Below are positions 50,775-62,647 of a stretch of 64,000 nt of DNA, in pieces (within the stretch, counting starts at the first letter, position 1; each line of letters opens with the position of its first letter). This DNA is from Tubulanus polymorphus. Lineage: Eukaryota > Animalia > Nemertea. Both the position numbers and the translations under genes were made by a program. The stretch spans positions 10,428,962-10,492,961 of the forward strand of contig NC_134034.1 in the NCBI RefSeq assembly GCF_964204645.1, in the 5' to 3' direction. Under the pieces are notes generated by a model that saw nothing but the letters and a program-made list of their open reading frames with translations, was not told the DNA's origin and made no database searches.

Positions 50775-50845
50775 CTGGATTTTCCGACCCCACTTTCTCC
50801 GATGATCAGTATTTTTAGGGTAGTTATCACGTCAGGATCATCCAT
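50775..50845 (-). CDS. RAB18: Rab18 exon 1; full CDS 618 nt / 205 aa
   Basis: MDDPDVITTLKILIIGESGVGKS(S) P-loop; donor AG|gtaac. All exon phases are compatible. Confidence 0.96.
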
Positions 50846-51322
50846 TCTATGAATTCAAACACTCGATACGATTAACGGTAAGTTATTTCAGTTGAAATTA
50901 ATCGTTGTTTTCCGTTCGAAATTACAAGAATTCTTAGCTTTTTTATTTCAGTAATTTTCAGTAAATGGCGTCATTCGTAAACATCTGCGGAATACGTCAC
51001 GGGAACGTGCGTAGTTCGTGTGCGCTATTCGACGGTAGAGGTTTAGATTCACGTGCCAGTGTCAGAGCGTCGATGCTATTCGACGGTTTCGGTTTAAATA
51101 TAATTTAATTGATTCACTTGCCATCGATGGTCTTTCTTTCCGAAACTGTGTAAAACCTCTTCAATTCCCTCTTTTGCACCACAAGTGACACTTTTGTTGA
51201 TTCATCTTGAACTTGAACTTTCATTTCATTGCTCCATTATGAATACAAGCTTAGCACTTTTATCATAATTACTGTAATGTAAGTAATATGAGTAATGAAG
51301 GCGTAATCTGTTCCAAATACCC

Positions 51323-51782
51323 CAGGGGCCGTCGGAACAGCGGTTTCGGACGAATACAGAAAATTTGCGTAAATTTAAATTTAGTGAAAGATGATAATGC
51401 AGGGCCGTCGGAACAGGGGCGGCAGGGCCGTCGGAACAGGGGCGGCAGGGCCGTCGGAACAGGGGCGGCAGGCGCGTCGGAACAGGGGCGGTAGGGCCGT
51501 CGGAACAAGGGCGGCAGGGCCGTCGGAACAGGGGCGGCCAAAGCCGCCCCACTTTTTTGCTTAACAAACATTTTTTCAAAAGCACGCTGTACCGCGTAGC
51601 AGCTCGTCGTTCTCTGTACTAGGTGGTTGGCTCACGACCTCATGCTTCTGTGAATGAGACCGTGAAATGGCCCCAAAACGCATCTCTGGCGATTGAATTT
51701 TCAAAATTTTTCTAGGGGAGGGCCCCCAGACCACCCTTCAGAAATAAGCCTCGCCACTGAAAAATTCCTTCCGACGGCTCTG
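51323..51782. mobile_element. hAT-like MITE with 6x tandem 23-bp terminal repeat
   Basis: cagggccgtcggaacaggggcgg at 51400, 51423, 51446, 51469, 51492, 51515; right end ttccgacggctctg. Confidence 0.8.
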
Positions 51783-52796
51783 TCCAAGTAACTAAGTAAT
51801 CAACAGCTATCCATAGTATTAACTAATAGTAATAGGCCTATAGAGTAATGTCTAGTAATAAGAAGTGATAAGATGTAACCGATAGTAATATGAAGTAATA
51901 AGATAACGCATAGTAATCTAGAGTAATATGACGTAATAAGATAACGCATAGTAATATCTAGTAATATGAAGTAATAAGGGCGGAGAATAACGCGCGCGCG
52001 GTACGGCGTGCTACAAAACGACCGTCCCGGTGCGACGCGCGCATATGTACTCAAAATCTTTGCCGCTCCTTGGGAGGAATTGCAAAAAAATTTAACAGAT
52101 CTTATCCTTTCAACGTGCCTTTTACTCCCGTTTTTCGACGTTATTCCCTTTTCTGAGCCGGGTAAAATTCTACTAATCCGTACTGAAGTAGTTTCATTAA
52201 TTCCATAACCCATACAACCCGTTGTACTACTTGGGAACCTTGTGTAAAACATATAATACTATTGAAGCCGTGATATTTGATAATGTAGAACATGCTGACA
52301 CTTATTTTTAACTACAAAAAAATTTATTCTCGTATAATCGATAAAACAAAAGGCTTTCTATTTAATCAACAAAGCATGTTTTTCAATTCGCAGAAAATGA
52401 ATTCCTTTTTATTTGATCACTTCGATATTTTTGGGGGATTTTCCTTGATCCACGCCGAACCACCAGCCTCTATCTATTTATTAAAATCTAAATCTGGCCG
52501 AGCGCTTCACCAAGTTTCGACATCTCATATATTGTATGTTGTTTCTAATATTTCGTATGTCGTCTGAGGTCTCCCATTAGGCGACTAGCTACGAAAACCG
52601 AATTTGGCCTTTTTGCGGTTGGGAAATCAGTTCTGCGACGGCATCTTCGGTCAATAAAATATGATAATTAATTCCAATGTTCGGCATCGGGAACAATCAG
52701 TTGGCGGACGATTCAAACCAACATAGCGGTCCGATTGAAAAGGTACAGAGTTCGAGTAACCATTTAACTGTCTATTTACTTCGCGTTCTAATTATC

Positions 52797-52982
52797 CTAA
52801 GCGTCTGCGCCGTTTTGCCGATCGTCGGCGACATGTCCGACTTTATTCCGTTTATGAAGCACGAAATGTAATTCGGGGTAGCGCACTCGGTTCAACGGTA
52901 TCCGATACACGCGACTACTCGATACAGATAGCAGAATACTCGCCGATATATTAAACGGAAACGCCAGCGCTGGCAGCCGAGC
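52797..52982 (-). CDS. urea transporter (SLC14/UT family), exon 6 (last)
   Basis: cag|ARLPALAFPFNISAS...RIPLNRVRYPE...*. Confidence 0.88.
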   Translation of the reverse strand, partial: ARLPALAFPFNISASILLSVSSSRVYRIPLNRVRYPELHFVLHKRNKVGHVADDRQNGADA

Positions 52983-53694
52983 CTGTGCGAAAATAGAAAA
53001 AAACACTAGAAACATTAAATCAATACGATAAGCAGCATATTCACAACATATTCACAACCTGGCTTAAGAAAGTTACACGCACAGCGGCAAATCATTGTCG
53101 CTTATTTTATTCTGGAATAACTCAAGATGCACAGGAAAATGATGCATTTTTTAATGTCTTGACCACTTCACCCCCTCCACTATTCAAAATTCCTAGATCC
53201 GGCCCTGAACAAGATTTTCATCTCGTTATATGTTTATCTATTATTGCTTAACGTCGTTCGGGTCAAGTTGACAGATGTCTAAATGATTGCGGGAGTAATA
53301 ATTAATTGATGGCGAATTAAAACAATAGCTCGATTAACCGTATGCATGTATGTACTGTTTTGCTAAAGTTGCCCGCACTATTGTAAGCAGCCAGCGGGAC
53401 TCGAACCCGCTTTTGTTTGTGAATTGTACTTTTGTTACGTCGTTCAGAACCTCTTGGTCTCTTTCCAAAGCGGTTTTGTTTTTATCGTAGCAAGTTCATC
53501 AAATCCAATTAATTGTTCGCCACCTGTAATTAATTATTTGCGCGTTTCTATTAGTACCGTATATACGGAGGGAACGTGTTTGTTTTATAACCGGTTGCGA
53601 CAAGGTCCATAATATTATGGATGGTAACTATAATCAATTAACACGTGCCTAGTTTACATCTGCTGTGGTTTAACACTGCGTGTACCCGGTATAG

Positions 53695-54203
53695 CAATCC
53701 GGTTCTGAATTTAATTCCACAGTTGTGTGGGTTAAATTCGACTCTGGATCCAGTTCCACAGCTGTGTGGCTTTGATCAGACTCTGGACCCATGTCCACAG
53801 TTGTGTGGGTTTAAGTTGACTCTGGATCCAGTTTCACGTTATGTGGGTTTAATTTGACTCTGGACCCAGTTCCACAGTTGTGTGGGTTTAATTTGACTCT
53901 TGATCCAGTTCCACAGTTGTGTGGGTTTAAGTTGTATCTGGATCCAGTTCCGCAGTTGTGTGGGTTTAATTTGACTCTTGATCCAGTTCCACAGTTGTGT
54001 GGGTTTAATTTGACTCTGGATCCAGTTCAAACAGTTGCGTGGGTTTAATTTGACTCTTGATCCAGTTCCACAGTTGTGTGGGTTTAATTTGACTCTTGAC
54101 CCAGTTCGAGAGTTGTGTGGGTTTAATTGGACTCTGGACCCAGTTCCACATTTATGTGAGTTGAATTTAACTCTGGCCCCAGTTCCGCAGTTGTGTTGGT
54201 TCA
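53695..54203 (+). repeat. 39-bp minisatellite (~13 copies) in UT intron 5
   Basis: 13-aa periodic spurious ORFs (LDPVPQLCGFNLT). Confidence 0.92.
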
Positions 54204-54214
54204 ATGTTACTTAC

Positions 54215-54264
54215 TGGGGCTAAAACAGTTCCTAACGCTCCAAATATCAACGTGGAAAATATCG
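54215..54264 (-). CDS. urea transporter exon 5
   Basis: ttcag|AIFSTLIFGALGTVLAP|gtaagt; phase-compatible. Confidence 0.85.
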
Positions 54265-54384
54265 CTGAAAATTCAATTAAAAATCAAAATTAATTAATTA
54301 ATCATTTTTTTTATTGAAATGCTCATAAAGGCGCCCTTAAATAGTTTCTTTAGAAGACGAAAGAAATTCGAATATTTTCCTTAC

Positions 54385-54519
54385 CTGATATAAATGCCAA
54401 TATACTGGAGTGTACGTTTATCACTAAAAACACGCCCCCTAGCGACGCACATGATAACACGGCGTTGAAACCCCAAACACCTTGCGCAATTTGCACCGGT
54501 GGCGCTGCCACGCTCAACG
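54385..54519 (-). CDS. urea transporter exon 4
   Basis: GVWGFNAVLSCASLGGVF, a UT signature. Confidence 0.92.
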
Positions 54520-54589
54520 CTGAAACGATTGAGAAAATGAAGGCAAAATTTCGGTCGGTTTGTTTTTGTTGGAGAAACTAAAAACTTAC

Positions 54590-54737
54590 CTATGAATATG
54601 GCCACAAAGGAGCCAAGTACGGAATGGACGAGTATTATAGGGGACGCCACCAGCATGGCTAGTAAAATAAGCCCACCGGCTACAGGACTCGCCGAGCCGT
54701 ATATCTGAGCCAGGCTATTTGGCAGGCCGAGGAAAAT
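54590..54737 (-). CDS. urea transporter exon 3
   Basis: LAQIYG...GGLILLAMLVASPIILVHSVLGS. Confidence 0.92.
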
Positions 54738-55568
54738 CTGAAAAATTTACGACGAGAACTATGAAAACACGAAATGTGTACGGAAACCATTTTATTTGGA
54801 ACTTCGCAACTTTGGAACGTGATCGGAGATTTTTGTAAAAATCTTAGAGGATCGATCGATGTCATACACGACGGGGAACCTACGACCTCCTGTAATCGAG
54901 GATTCCACTTATGGCAGTCGTGGATCCGCCAGGTTCGCTAGTGGTTACTCGGTTATCCGCGTTCGATTTCTTCTTCATCTCAATTAAAACTGAATGAACT
55001 TTTTTCCTTCAGTAAATCAATTATTGATGAAAAATTCCGATACCTGAGTGGAAATTGGATGTTTATTTGGTGGGTTCTGTGATGAATTCGGAAATCTACA
55101 AAATTCTTTTCGAAAATCATTGAAAATGAACTAATTTTCAACAGCATAAAATGGAGCGCTCGTCACGCCATCTGGTGGGAAAGCTGGCCTAGCGGGTTCT
55201 AATGATACAGGGATTTGGTTATGGGCATCGATCGAGTTTTTTTTTCATATGTTTGCTTGGATTTATGGCCCAAGTGTGGTTTGGATCTGTAATAGATAGA
55301 ATATGGGGGTATCACCGATAAAATAAGATTTAACTGTAACGATAAATCTTTTAACCTGAATTAGGCATCTATTAATCATCTACCAACATATTGACTGTGG
55401 CGCTTACACAGCGAGGCCAAATTGGACGTATAGGTCATCGCCTCACCTGACTATTTTTATTTCCTGGTTCCAACAGGGTAGTATGGAAGACATCTACGTA
55501 AATCCAAGCGACCGTGTTAAAACACTTACTTAGCCCATCACCAAACCCCTGTGCTAATGGACAGCCAG

Positions 55569-55849
55569 TTAAAACCCTTTCAGTGCGGTGTATAAATCAG
55601 TGATAGATTTTGCTAGTACACCGCACTGCGGTGTATTGATGTAATTAGTACTTAAGTAATTATCTCTCTTGAAAAATGGCAGCACCTGTCAAACAAAGTG
55701 AAATACTAGTAACGATACACTGCACCGTGGTGTAGACGCACTATAGTGGTATTCCCGTTACTCAACCCACTAGGGTGGAATTTTTTAGAATTTTCAAATT
55801 ATCTCCAGCACTATAGGGTATTGATTAGTCAGCACTGAAAGGGTTTTAA
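55569..55849. mobile_element. TTAA-flanked MITE (piggyBac-like)
   Basis: ttaaaaccctttcagtgc ... gcactgaaagggttttaa. Confidence 0.65.
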
Positions 55850-55932
55850 AGGCAATCTGATAATCTGAAAATGGGATTGCGTGGAAGTCGAGGATAGAGG
55901 AAGCCGGGTGCAGGGATTTTGGTTTATCCTAC

Positions 55933-56125
55933 CTGGCCCCATGATAATGGAAGCGAATTTCTAAAGGTATCGTTCGACGATACGGAGACGTCGGACAGAG
56001 GAAAATGATGATTGTTGACTCCACACGCGGCCATGAACACGAACGTCACTAAGTTGAACGGCAGGTTGAACGCGGGTAATCCGACACGAGCACACAACGT
56101 TCCCAGACCACTGGCTACATAGACA
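55933..56125 (-). CDS. urea transporter exon 2
   Basis: SVYVASGLG...LPAFNLPFNL...HFP...SWGQ. Confidence 0.92.
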
Positions 56126-56425
56126 CTAGAATGAAAACAAAAAACGAGAATGCTGACTTGAAAGTTTAATGAAGCCTTATAGAATAACTAATATAATGCT
56201 TGACTGCAATTAACTGATATCAATCTCAGTGTAGAGTTAACAACACATTAACAATATTGTGTGTTTTGTTCCTCTGATGATGTGGCTTAGTTAAAGCCTC
56301 AAAACTGTAAACTGTTTTTACAGATCTGACTGTGGGTTTTTATTTGTTAACATATAATGCTTGATATTGTCGAAAATGAATAATATAATCTAAATCATGT
56401 AATATTCACGATCAATGAAGTCATA

Positions 56426-56782
56426 GACATATCGAAGATGTAGTGCACATCCTCTTAAAAGTAATTATCAAGAGTTATCGAAGATAAGATGATAGCTATG
56501 AAATATATCGAATAACGAAATAACCTTCAAAATTCACAACTGTAATTATTATTTTGAAAAACTAATAATTTCGGATTAGAAGTGTATCGAATTGAATCGA
56601 CCGGCAAGTATTCTAGCCACGACATATCGAAGATGTAGTGCACATCCTCTTAGAAGTAATTATCAAGAAATATCAAAGATAAGATGATAGCTATGAAATA
56701 GATCGAATAACGAAATAACCTACAAAATTCATAACTGTAATTGTTGTTTTGAAAAACTAATACTGATGACGTAGTGCACATC
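56426..56782. repeat. ~195-bp tandem duplication in UT intron 1
   Basis: gacatatcgaagatgtagtgcacatcctctt at 56426 and 56621. Confidence 0.8.
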
Positions 56783-56902
56783 GGGCGACTCGCACGAAAC
56801 CCCTTGAATAACGCATAGGTATCAATGTATATAAACATTATGTTAACTGGCTTTACAGCGTCAAAAATTCGATACCTTTTTTGTAAACGTACGTAATCTT
56901 AC

Positions 56903-57333
56903 CTGATAGCTGATAAAACAATAACTGGTATAATAACCCAGGCGTAGTGTTGCTGTTTGTTAAAAGAGGACGCTAACGCCAGTCCGACCAGCATGCCGTG
57001 AAACGTCAAGCCGCCGGAAGCGATCGAGCTGCGGTCTAATTTCAAAGCGAGCGCCACAATAACGGCCACCAGCAGTCCGATCATAGCGTTCGCCGCCACC
57101 CAGGGCGTGGCTATCAGCATGCCGATCAAAATAAGCAGTCCGCTGATTGGATTATTCAAAAATATCGGCGCCCCGATCGCGCGAAATATCCAGTTGCCGA
57201 AGTTTAAAATAAACGGTTTATTTTCGAGCCAACGGTTCAAACAGACAATGTCGCCCATGATGTATTTCTGTAGAAAGTTCGTCGGTTCCCAATCTGCAAT
57301 ATCATTGCCGTTATGTTCAATTTCTAGTGACAT
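56903..57333 (-). CDS. urea transporter first coding exon; full CDS 1143 nt / 380 aa
   Basis: YIMGD...WIFRAIGAPIFLNNPISGLLIL. An in-frame TGA lies just upstream of the ATG; donor AG|gtaag; probable 5' UTR acceptor at 57487. Confidence 0.92.
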
Positions 57334-57720
57334 TTTTTGTCACGATTTTGACGATTGATTTCTCGCCGATAACTCAGCCTATACAGTTTGATATCGTGTA
57401 AAGCTTAGATTTTTTGTTAAGCTTGGGTATCTTCGTTATCGGAGTAGTTTGTTTTCCCCACGCTACTGCGTGTCCAGACGAAATATTCTGCAATGTGAGA
57501 AACAGTGACGCGTTAGCACAAGCTTACACCGATGGAAAGAAAGTAATTTCACCTTACATTACACATGCACGTATAAATTAGTTTATACGTCCTGTACTAC
57601 TATAAGAGTAGGGAGAGAGAACCAGACATCTCAGACGCCGCGCCAGAAAGGATTGACCAAGTGTTGCCTTGATATATATTCCAATCCTTAATCTAATAAC
57701 AGAAAAAAAGGATACATTGA

Positions 57721-57793
57721 CGATCCTGCCAGGACTCGAACCTGGAATCCCCTGATTCGTAGTCAGATGCCTTATCCATTGGGCCACAGGACC
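57721..57793 (-). tRNA. tRNA-Arg(ACG)
   Basis: GGTCCTGTGGCCCAATGGATAAGGCATCTGACTACGAATCAGGGGATTCCAGGTTCGAGTCCTGGCAGGATCG forms a 73-nt cloverleaf, with a T7 Pol III terminator ~12 nt downstream. Confidence 0.93.
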
Positions 57794-58517
57794 GGTCATG
57801 AACATAGTTATAGAAACGAAAAACATGTTCCGCGGTACACGTTCGTTTCAATTAGAAGAAGTTAGACAAGGAAATAGTCATGAGTGCCATCGAGAAAGAC
57901 ATGGGATATTCGTATTATCTATTGTTTGCATTTAAAGGCGGTCGTATAGGTCGACCTTGCGGCACTACGCGGCCAGGTGTCGCACATATTGACGTGAGAT
58001 GAAATGAATCTATATCTGAACCACGTTATCAACGGTCTCGGTTCTAATTGACACTCGGGTGCATCTATCTATTCCAGGAACACGATTATTAGAAAGACGA
58101 TACACGAAATAATAATTATTTCTATAATTATTACGAACTCGTGCAGATACGAAAATAAACCGACGGCGCATCTTCGCGCCGTTCTCGGCACGAAATGCAA
58201 TCCTTTCGTCTGAATTCGCGTTGATTGCCTCCGCGCGCAATTACTCACTGCCGACAGGCGATGCAAAATGAAACCGGTGTTTTAGGTGGATTGAGGCGAG
58301 TGACTGAGGAAGGTATTATCATCAGCGATGGTAAATAGATTGCGTTTCGTTCGCAGCGATATCCGAAGTAACCGGTAAATACATCGCAGAAAATTATATA
58401 TGGACTAAGGCTAATTAAAGCATTGACGAAACACATTTCGTGTTGTGTCCGCGTTGTTAAGATGATGTAAAGACAGTAATTAATAGTAATAATTACACTT
58501 ATAATGATAGTGACCAG

Positions 58518-58876
58518 AAGTTTGCGAAATACAGTAGACTCTCTCTCTTGCTGCGGTTTAGTTGAGCCTGGTAAAATTCTACCCCGAGTTGGTGTTAAAT
58601 ACTGAGTAAGAGTTTGTAAAATACAGTAGACTCTGTCTCTTACTGCGGTTTAGTTGAGACTGGTAAAATTCTACCCCGAGTTTGTGTTAAATACTGAGTA
58701 AAAGTTTGTGTGATACAGTAGACTCTGTCTCTTACTGCAGTAAAGTTGAGACTGGTAAAATTCTACCCCGAGTTGGTGTCAAATACTGAGTATGAGTTTG
58801 TGAAATACAGTAGACTCTGTCTCTTACTGCGGTATTGTTGAGACTGGTAAAATTCTACCCCGAGTTGGTGTCAAAT
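58518..58876 (+). repeat. 92-bp minisatellite (~4 copies)
   Basis: Same unit as 1705-2110. Confidence 0.9.
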
Positions 58877-59217
58877 GTTATGAATATCGGATTAAGTCAT
58901 GGCACGCCTACGACACGGACAATTCCTTCCGATGTCAACAAAATGATCACCGTCAGAGACAGTAATATATTGTGATTTAATACGATTAAAAGCTTCTGAT
59001 CGTCTGCCATAAATCAACTGATTAATTTGATATATCGAAGGCGTTTCCATAGTTCCTCTGTCACCGCAGAGCAAACGCGGCACGATTTTCGTTTTTTATT
59101 TTCATTCTTAAAAATTACATCGCATACAATTCACAGTCACGCGTATGAGATTGTTTTAGCGGGGGAGCATTGGGGTAGAGGATATTCTATATATTCATTG
59201 AAAACCTGCGTGATATA

Positions 59218-59304
59218 TGCGCGTCCTCGCTTGCCAGGGTTTGATTGCCGTCCTTCGAGCTCACGCCAAGTAGTAGATCAAACCCTGACAAGCGAGGATG
59301 CGCA
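59218..59304. mobile_element. hairpin MITE sharing the gtcctcgcttgccaggg terminus
   Basis: 28-bp inverted arms tgcgcgtcctcgcttgccagggtttgat / atcaaaccctgacaagcgaggatgcgca. Confidence 0.7.
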
Positions 59305-61179
59305 GGTCGTCTGTTGGTCCTATACGTACGAGACCCGGGTCCGATCCGTGTGGTGCGCGTAATTTCACGTTCATTTCTCTTGATCATTACACGGACTTTG
59401 GTGCTACCAACAGACTTATTTCTGCCATTGACCGTTATTTTAACCGTTATTTTTCCTCGATTGTGGACCGAGACATGGATGCATAAGAATTTACCAAATC
59501 ATTTTTTAGGGGAGGTCATGAAACGAACGTTCTAGCATATCTTCCCATTTTACGATATGCCGATGAAATTTTATCTTCGAACTTTTTTTAGAAAGTGCCT
59601 ATTTCTGGTGAAAAGTAAGAAAAAGAGGTTACTGTATTTCCCGTTTGGTCCAAATCTTTGTTCAGACGATAGGATCGTATATACAGCGGAAGATACCGAT
59701 TAACAACACGAGTGCGCACCTCACGGAAATTACCGAACATCACCGAACGCTTCGTCGAAAAATTGCCACCGGGATTTTTTTAGCGCGTTGAATCGATTCC
59801 GGAGCACCGTTTCTCATCGTGATTAGATAAAATAGTGATGCAGTGGATAATTTTCTGCAGTGTTATTTCTTCTCACGCGAGCGACGCGACCGCGCGTACG
59901 TGTTAACACTTCGGCGGAGATGAAAAATACCGGAGACTCTACGCCGAAGAAAATTACCACGACACAAAAATATCTCTCGCCGGGCACGTAACTCTGCCTT
60001 TCATATCGATACGAATTTCAGGACTCAGCCTTTTTACTATTTACATGGTTCCCATAGAACAGGTAAATTGGTCAAAACCAATGGGAAAAATTAATTCCCG
60101 GTTTGGAAATATTTGGGAATTTGAAAAATTTTCCTAAAATCAGGGAAATGTTTTGGATATTCATCTTCATTTCACGTATTGCAATTTTCCTTCAGAATCA
60201 ACCGTCACCACTAAAATGTTGACTGTAGCATAATTGTATCTGTTCGTTTCCATTTTTGGGAAAATTTAAAAATCACCCATGAAATACTCGGGGAAAACTA
60301 GGGAATTTCTTATTCATGTAACTTTATAACAATAAGAAAAAACAATATCCGTGTATGTACGATATCGTAGCCATCATCAGAAAGATCGTAGCTATCATCA
60401 GTAGGCCTTTCTCGTTTTGGCTGTATTCATAGTGGGATTTCTCGCGTTTAAATCTAGTTAACCTCGAAGTACTATCAGTATTTACGTTTTGCTTCAGTCA
60501 GTCGGAGACAGAATAGCCACATTCAAACGTGGTGAACGCGATGATAGAATTGGAAAATTATTTGTTGAAAGATTAAAAATTTGAAATTGAAAAACAAAAA
60601 CATTTTGATGGCCGTAATTGTCCAGAAGTTGGCGTAAATTTTAACTGAAAACGTTAATGCGATACCGTATACGAGTCTACCATTTAACGCTAACGCTGGC
60701 TCTCCAAAGAAACCACTGCCAGTAAACAATATTTCGTAAATGCTTGTTTGATGTTCTATATATTTTACATATTTCTATTTTCTAGAATATTCTTCCACCC
60801 ATCTGATTCGTCGAATGCAGCGCATTGACTTGAACGCGGTTGGCGTGATAAACCAATTGAAAATAGGCGCAGTGGAAATCAAACAACAAAATCTGTCATC
60901 CGCACGTTTCAGATAACATATTTCTTTCCATTTTCGAAGATTAATTTTCAATTTTTTTTTGTTAAATTGGGGTAGCTTATAAGATGGAAAGAAGAGATTT
61001 TTTCGAAAAAAATTTTAGACGTTGAATTGCGGGATTATATCGTAAGCATATACAAATGAAAGAAAAACAGTTTTAAGTAACTAAGAAAAAAACGATGCCT
61101 TACCCTACCTCCATATGCGAAGTTCTCTTTTTACAGCAGGTGTTTTCGCGTCGGAGGAGCAGAAACAACTGATCTCTCT

Positions 61180-61335
61180 CGCCGTCGACGCTGCCGCTTG
61201 TGAAGCGCGTCTAACCGTTGCCATGGTAGCTGAGTTTTTATTTTCCAGCGCGCGCTCGGTCAGCAGATAGTGACAGTGTGTGCACGCACTTTTGAAACCG
61301 TGGAAAACGAACAAAATGGCCGCTGCCATAATGCG
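61180..61335. promoter_or_regulatory. promoter-like segment with X-box (RFX) and YY1-like motifs
   Basis: gttgccatggtagc at ~61217, aaaatggccgc at ~61313, CpG-rich; minus-strand donor-like gtaag at ~61102. Confidence 0.35.
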
Positions 61336-61874
61336 CACGTTTCTAGATGGCATCAGACCACCGTTAGGTTAGTAAGCCTTCGAAGTGCTTCAAGGACAAG
61401 ATTCAAATTAGCAACGAGACTGAAAACGAAGTCCCACATATACGTTACCACGAGTGCCAAGTGGGCCCTGCCCGTTTGGCCAGACTAAAACCGTCGGACC
61501 AGGCCCGAGCCAAATTTTAGCGAGGTTCAAATTGTTGCGTGTGAATTGCAACTGACACTTCGCTTCGTTTAAGCAGTGTTTAGTATCGAGTGAGTGACGT
61601 GCTGATCCTTGACAATTTGGCCCGGGCCAAATCGGCGTCTCCGTTTGATCGCGGCTAGATCTTTGTGAACGCAGGGTTCAAACCGCGTCCGCGGGTACGT
61701 CAGCGCATCACATCTGTCTTTTTACTGAATTTGTGACGACGCAATTCATTTAATGACGACACAAACGACACTGCTACCTGTGATTATAACAGCGTCACAA
61801 AACAATGCATCGAGCAGATCATAAACTCGAGCATTGTGCGAAGAAAAATATAGTCCCTCTTTTTCCCTATCGGT

Positions 61875-62045
61875 ACCCCGATCACCCGGCCACCCGACAA
61901 TCCTCCCATACACTCGACCCAAACCGACAATCCCTTCCCCCATATACTCGACACAAACCGACAATCCCTTTCCCCATGTACTGCACCCAAACAGACAGTC
62001 CCTCTACCCGGCATACACCCCACCCAAACCGACAATCCTCCTCAC
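61875..62045. repeat. degenerate ~30-bp repeat
   Basis: caaaccgacaatccct units. Confidence 0.6.
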
Positions 62046-62647
62046 TGAAATTCCTTTGAAGGTTCGTCCGCGCTTTCGATCGAACGAATCGATTGATGGT
62101 AAAAATAGCGCTCAGTCATTTTGAATCGAACTTCTTTTTGCTTACATATAATCGATATCAACAACATATGTGTGATTACCGTACGACATGATTACTCTGC
62201 GTATGAAATCATTTTCCTGCGCGCTAATAGATCCTATCTAGGCCCATTACTAACAGACCGGCGGTAGAGAGAAGGATTCGATATCGTTTTTTAAACTACC
62301 CGATAATTTCGACCCGATATTTGGTCACGAGGCGTCGGTTTCAATTATGTATATTCAAATTACGTATACACAATCGATAATGGTAGCTGTTTGAAACTGG
62401 GTAAGATTCGAATTTTTCGATTTTTGAACGACCACTTTGTGGATTGTCTTCTTTTTGCATCACGATCTTCACCCGAACGTGGATCTCAGTTAAGGTCGAT
62501 CTGTGCGCGATGAGGAACGCTCTACTATCGCGATCTTCGCCCGACCGAATTGAGGGTTCCCGGTGAACTGTCCGGATATGAGGGACAATCCTAACTGTTA
62601 TACCGTGCGTAATATTGCATAAATGGTTTCCAGTTATATCGTATCCT

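Noticed and set aside
61105-61353. 82-aa ORF as an N-terminal coding exon of the urea transporter
   Set aside because: It ends in a stop before the gtaag donor, and the UT ATG at 57333 has an in-frame stop immediately upstream.
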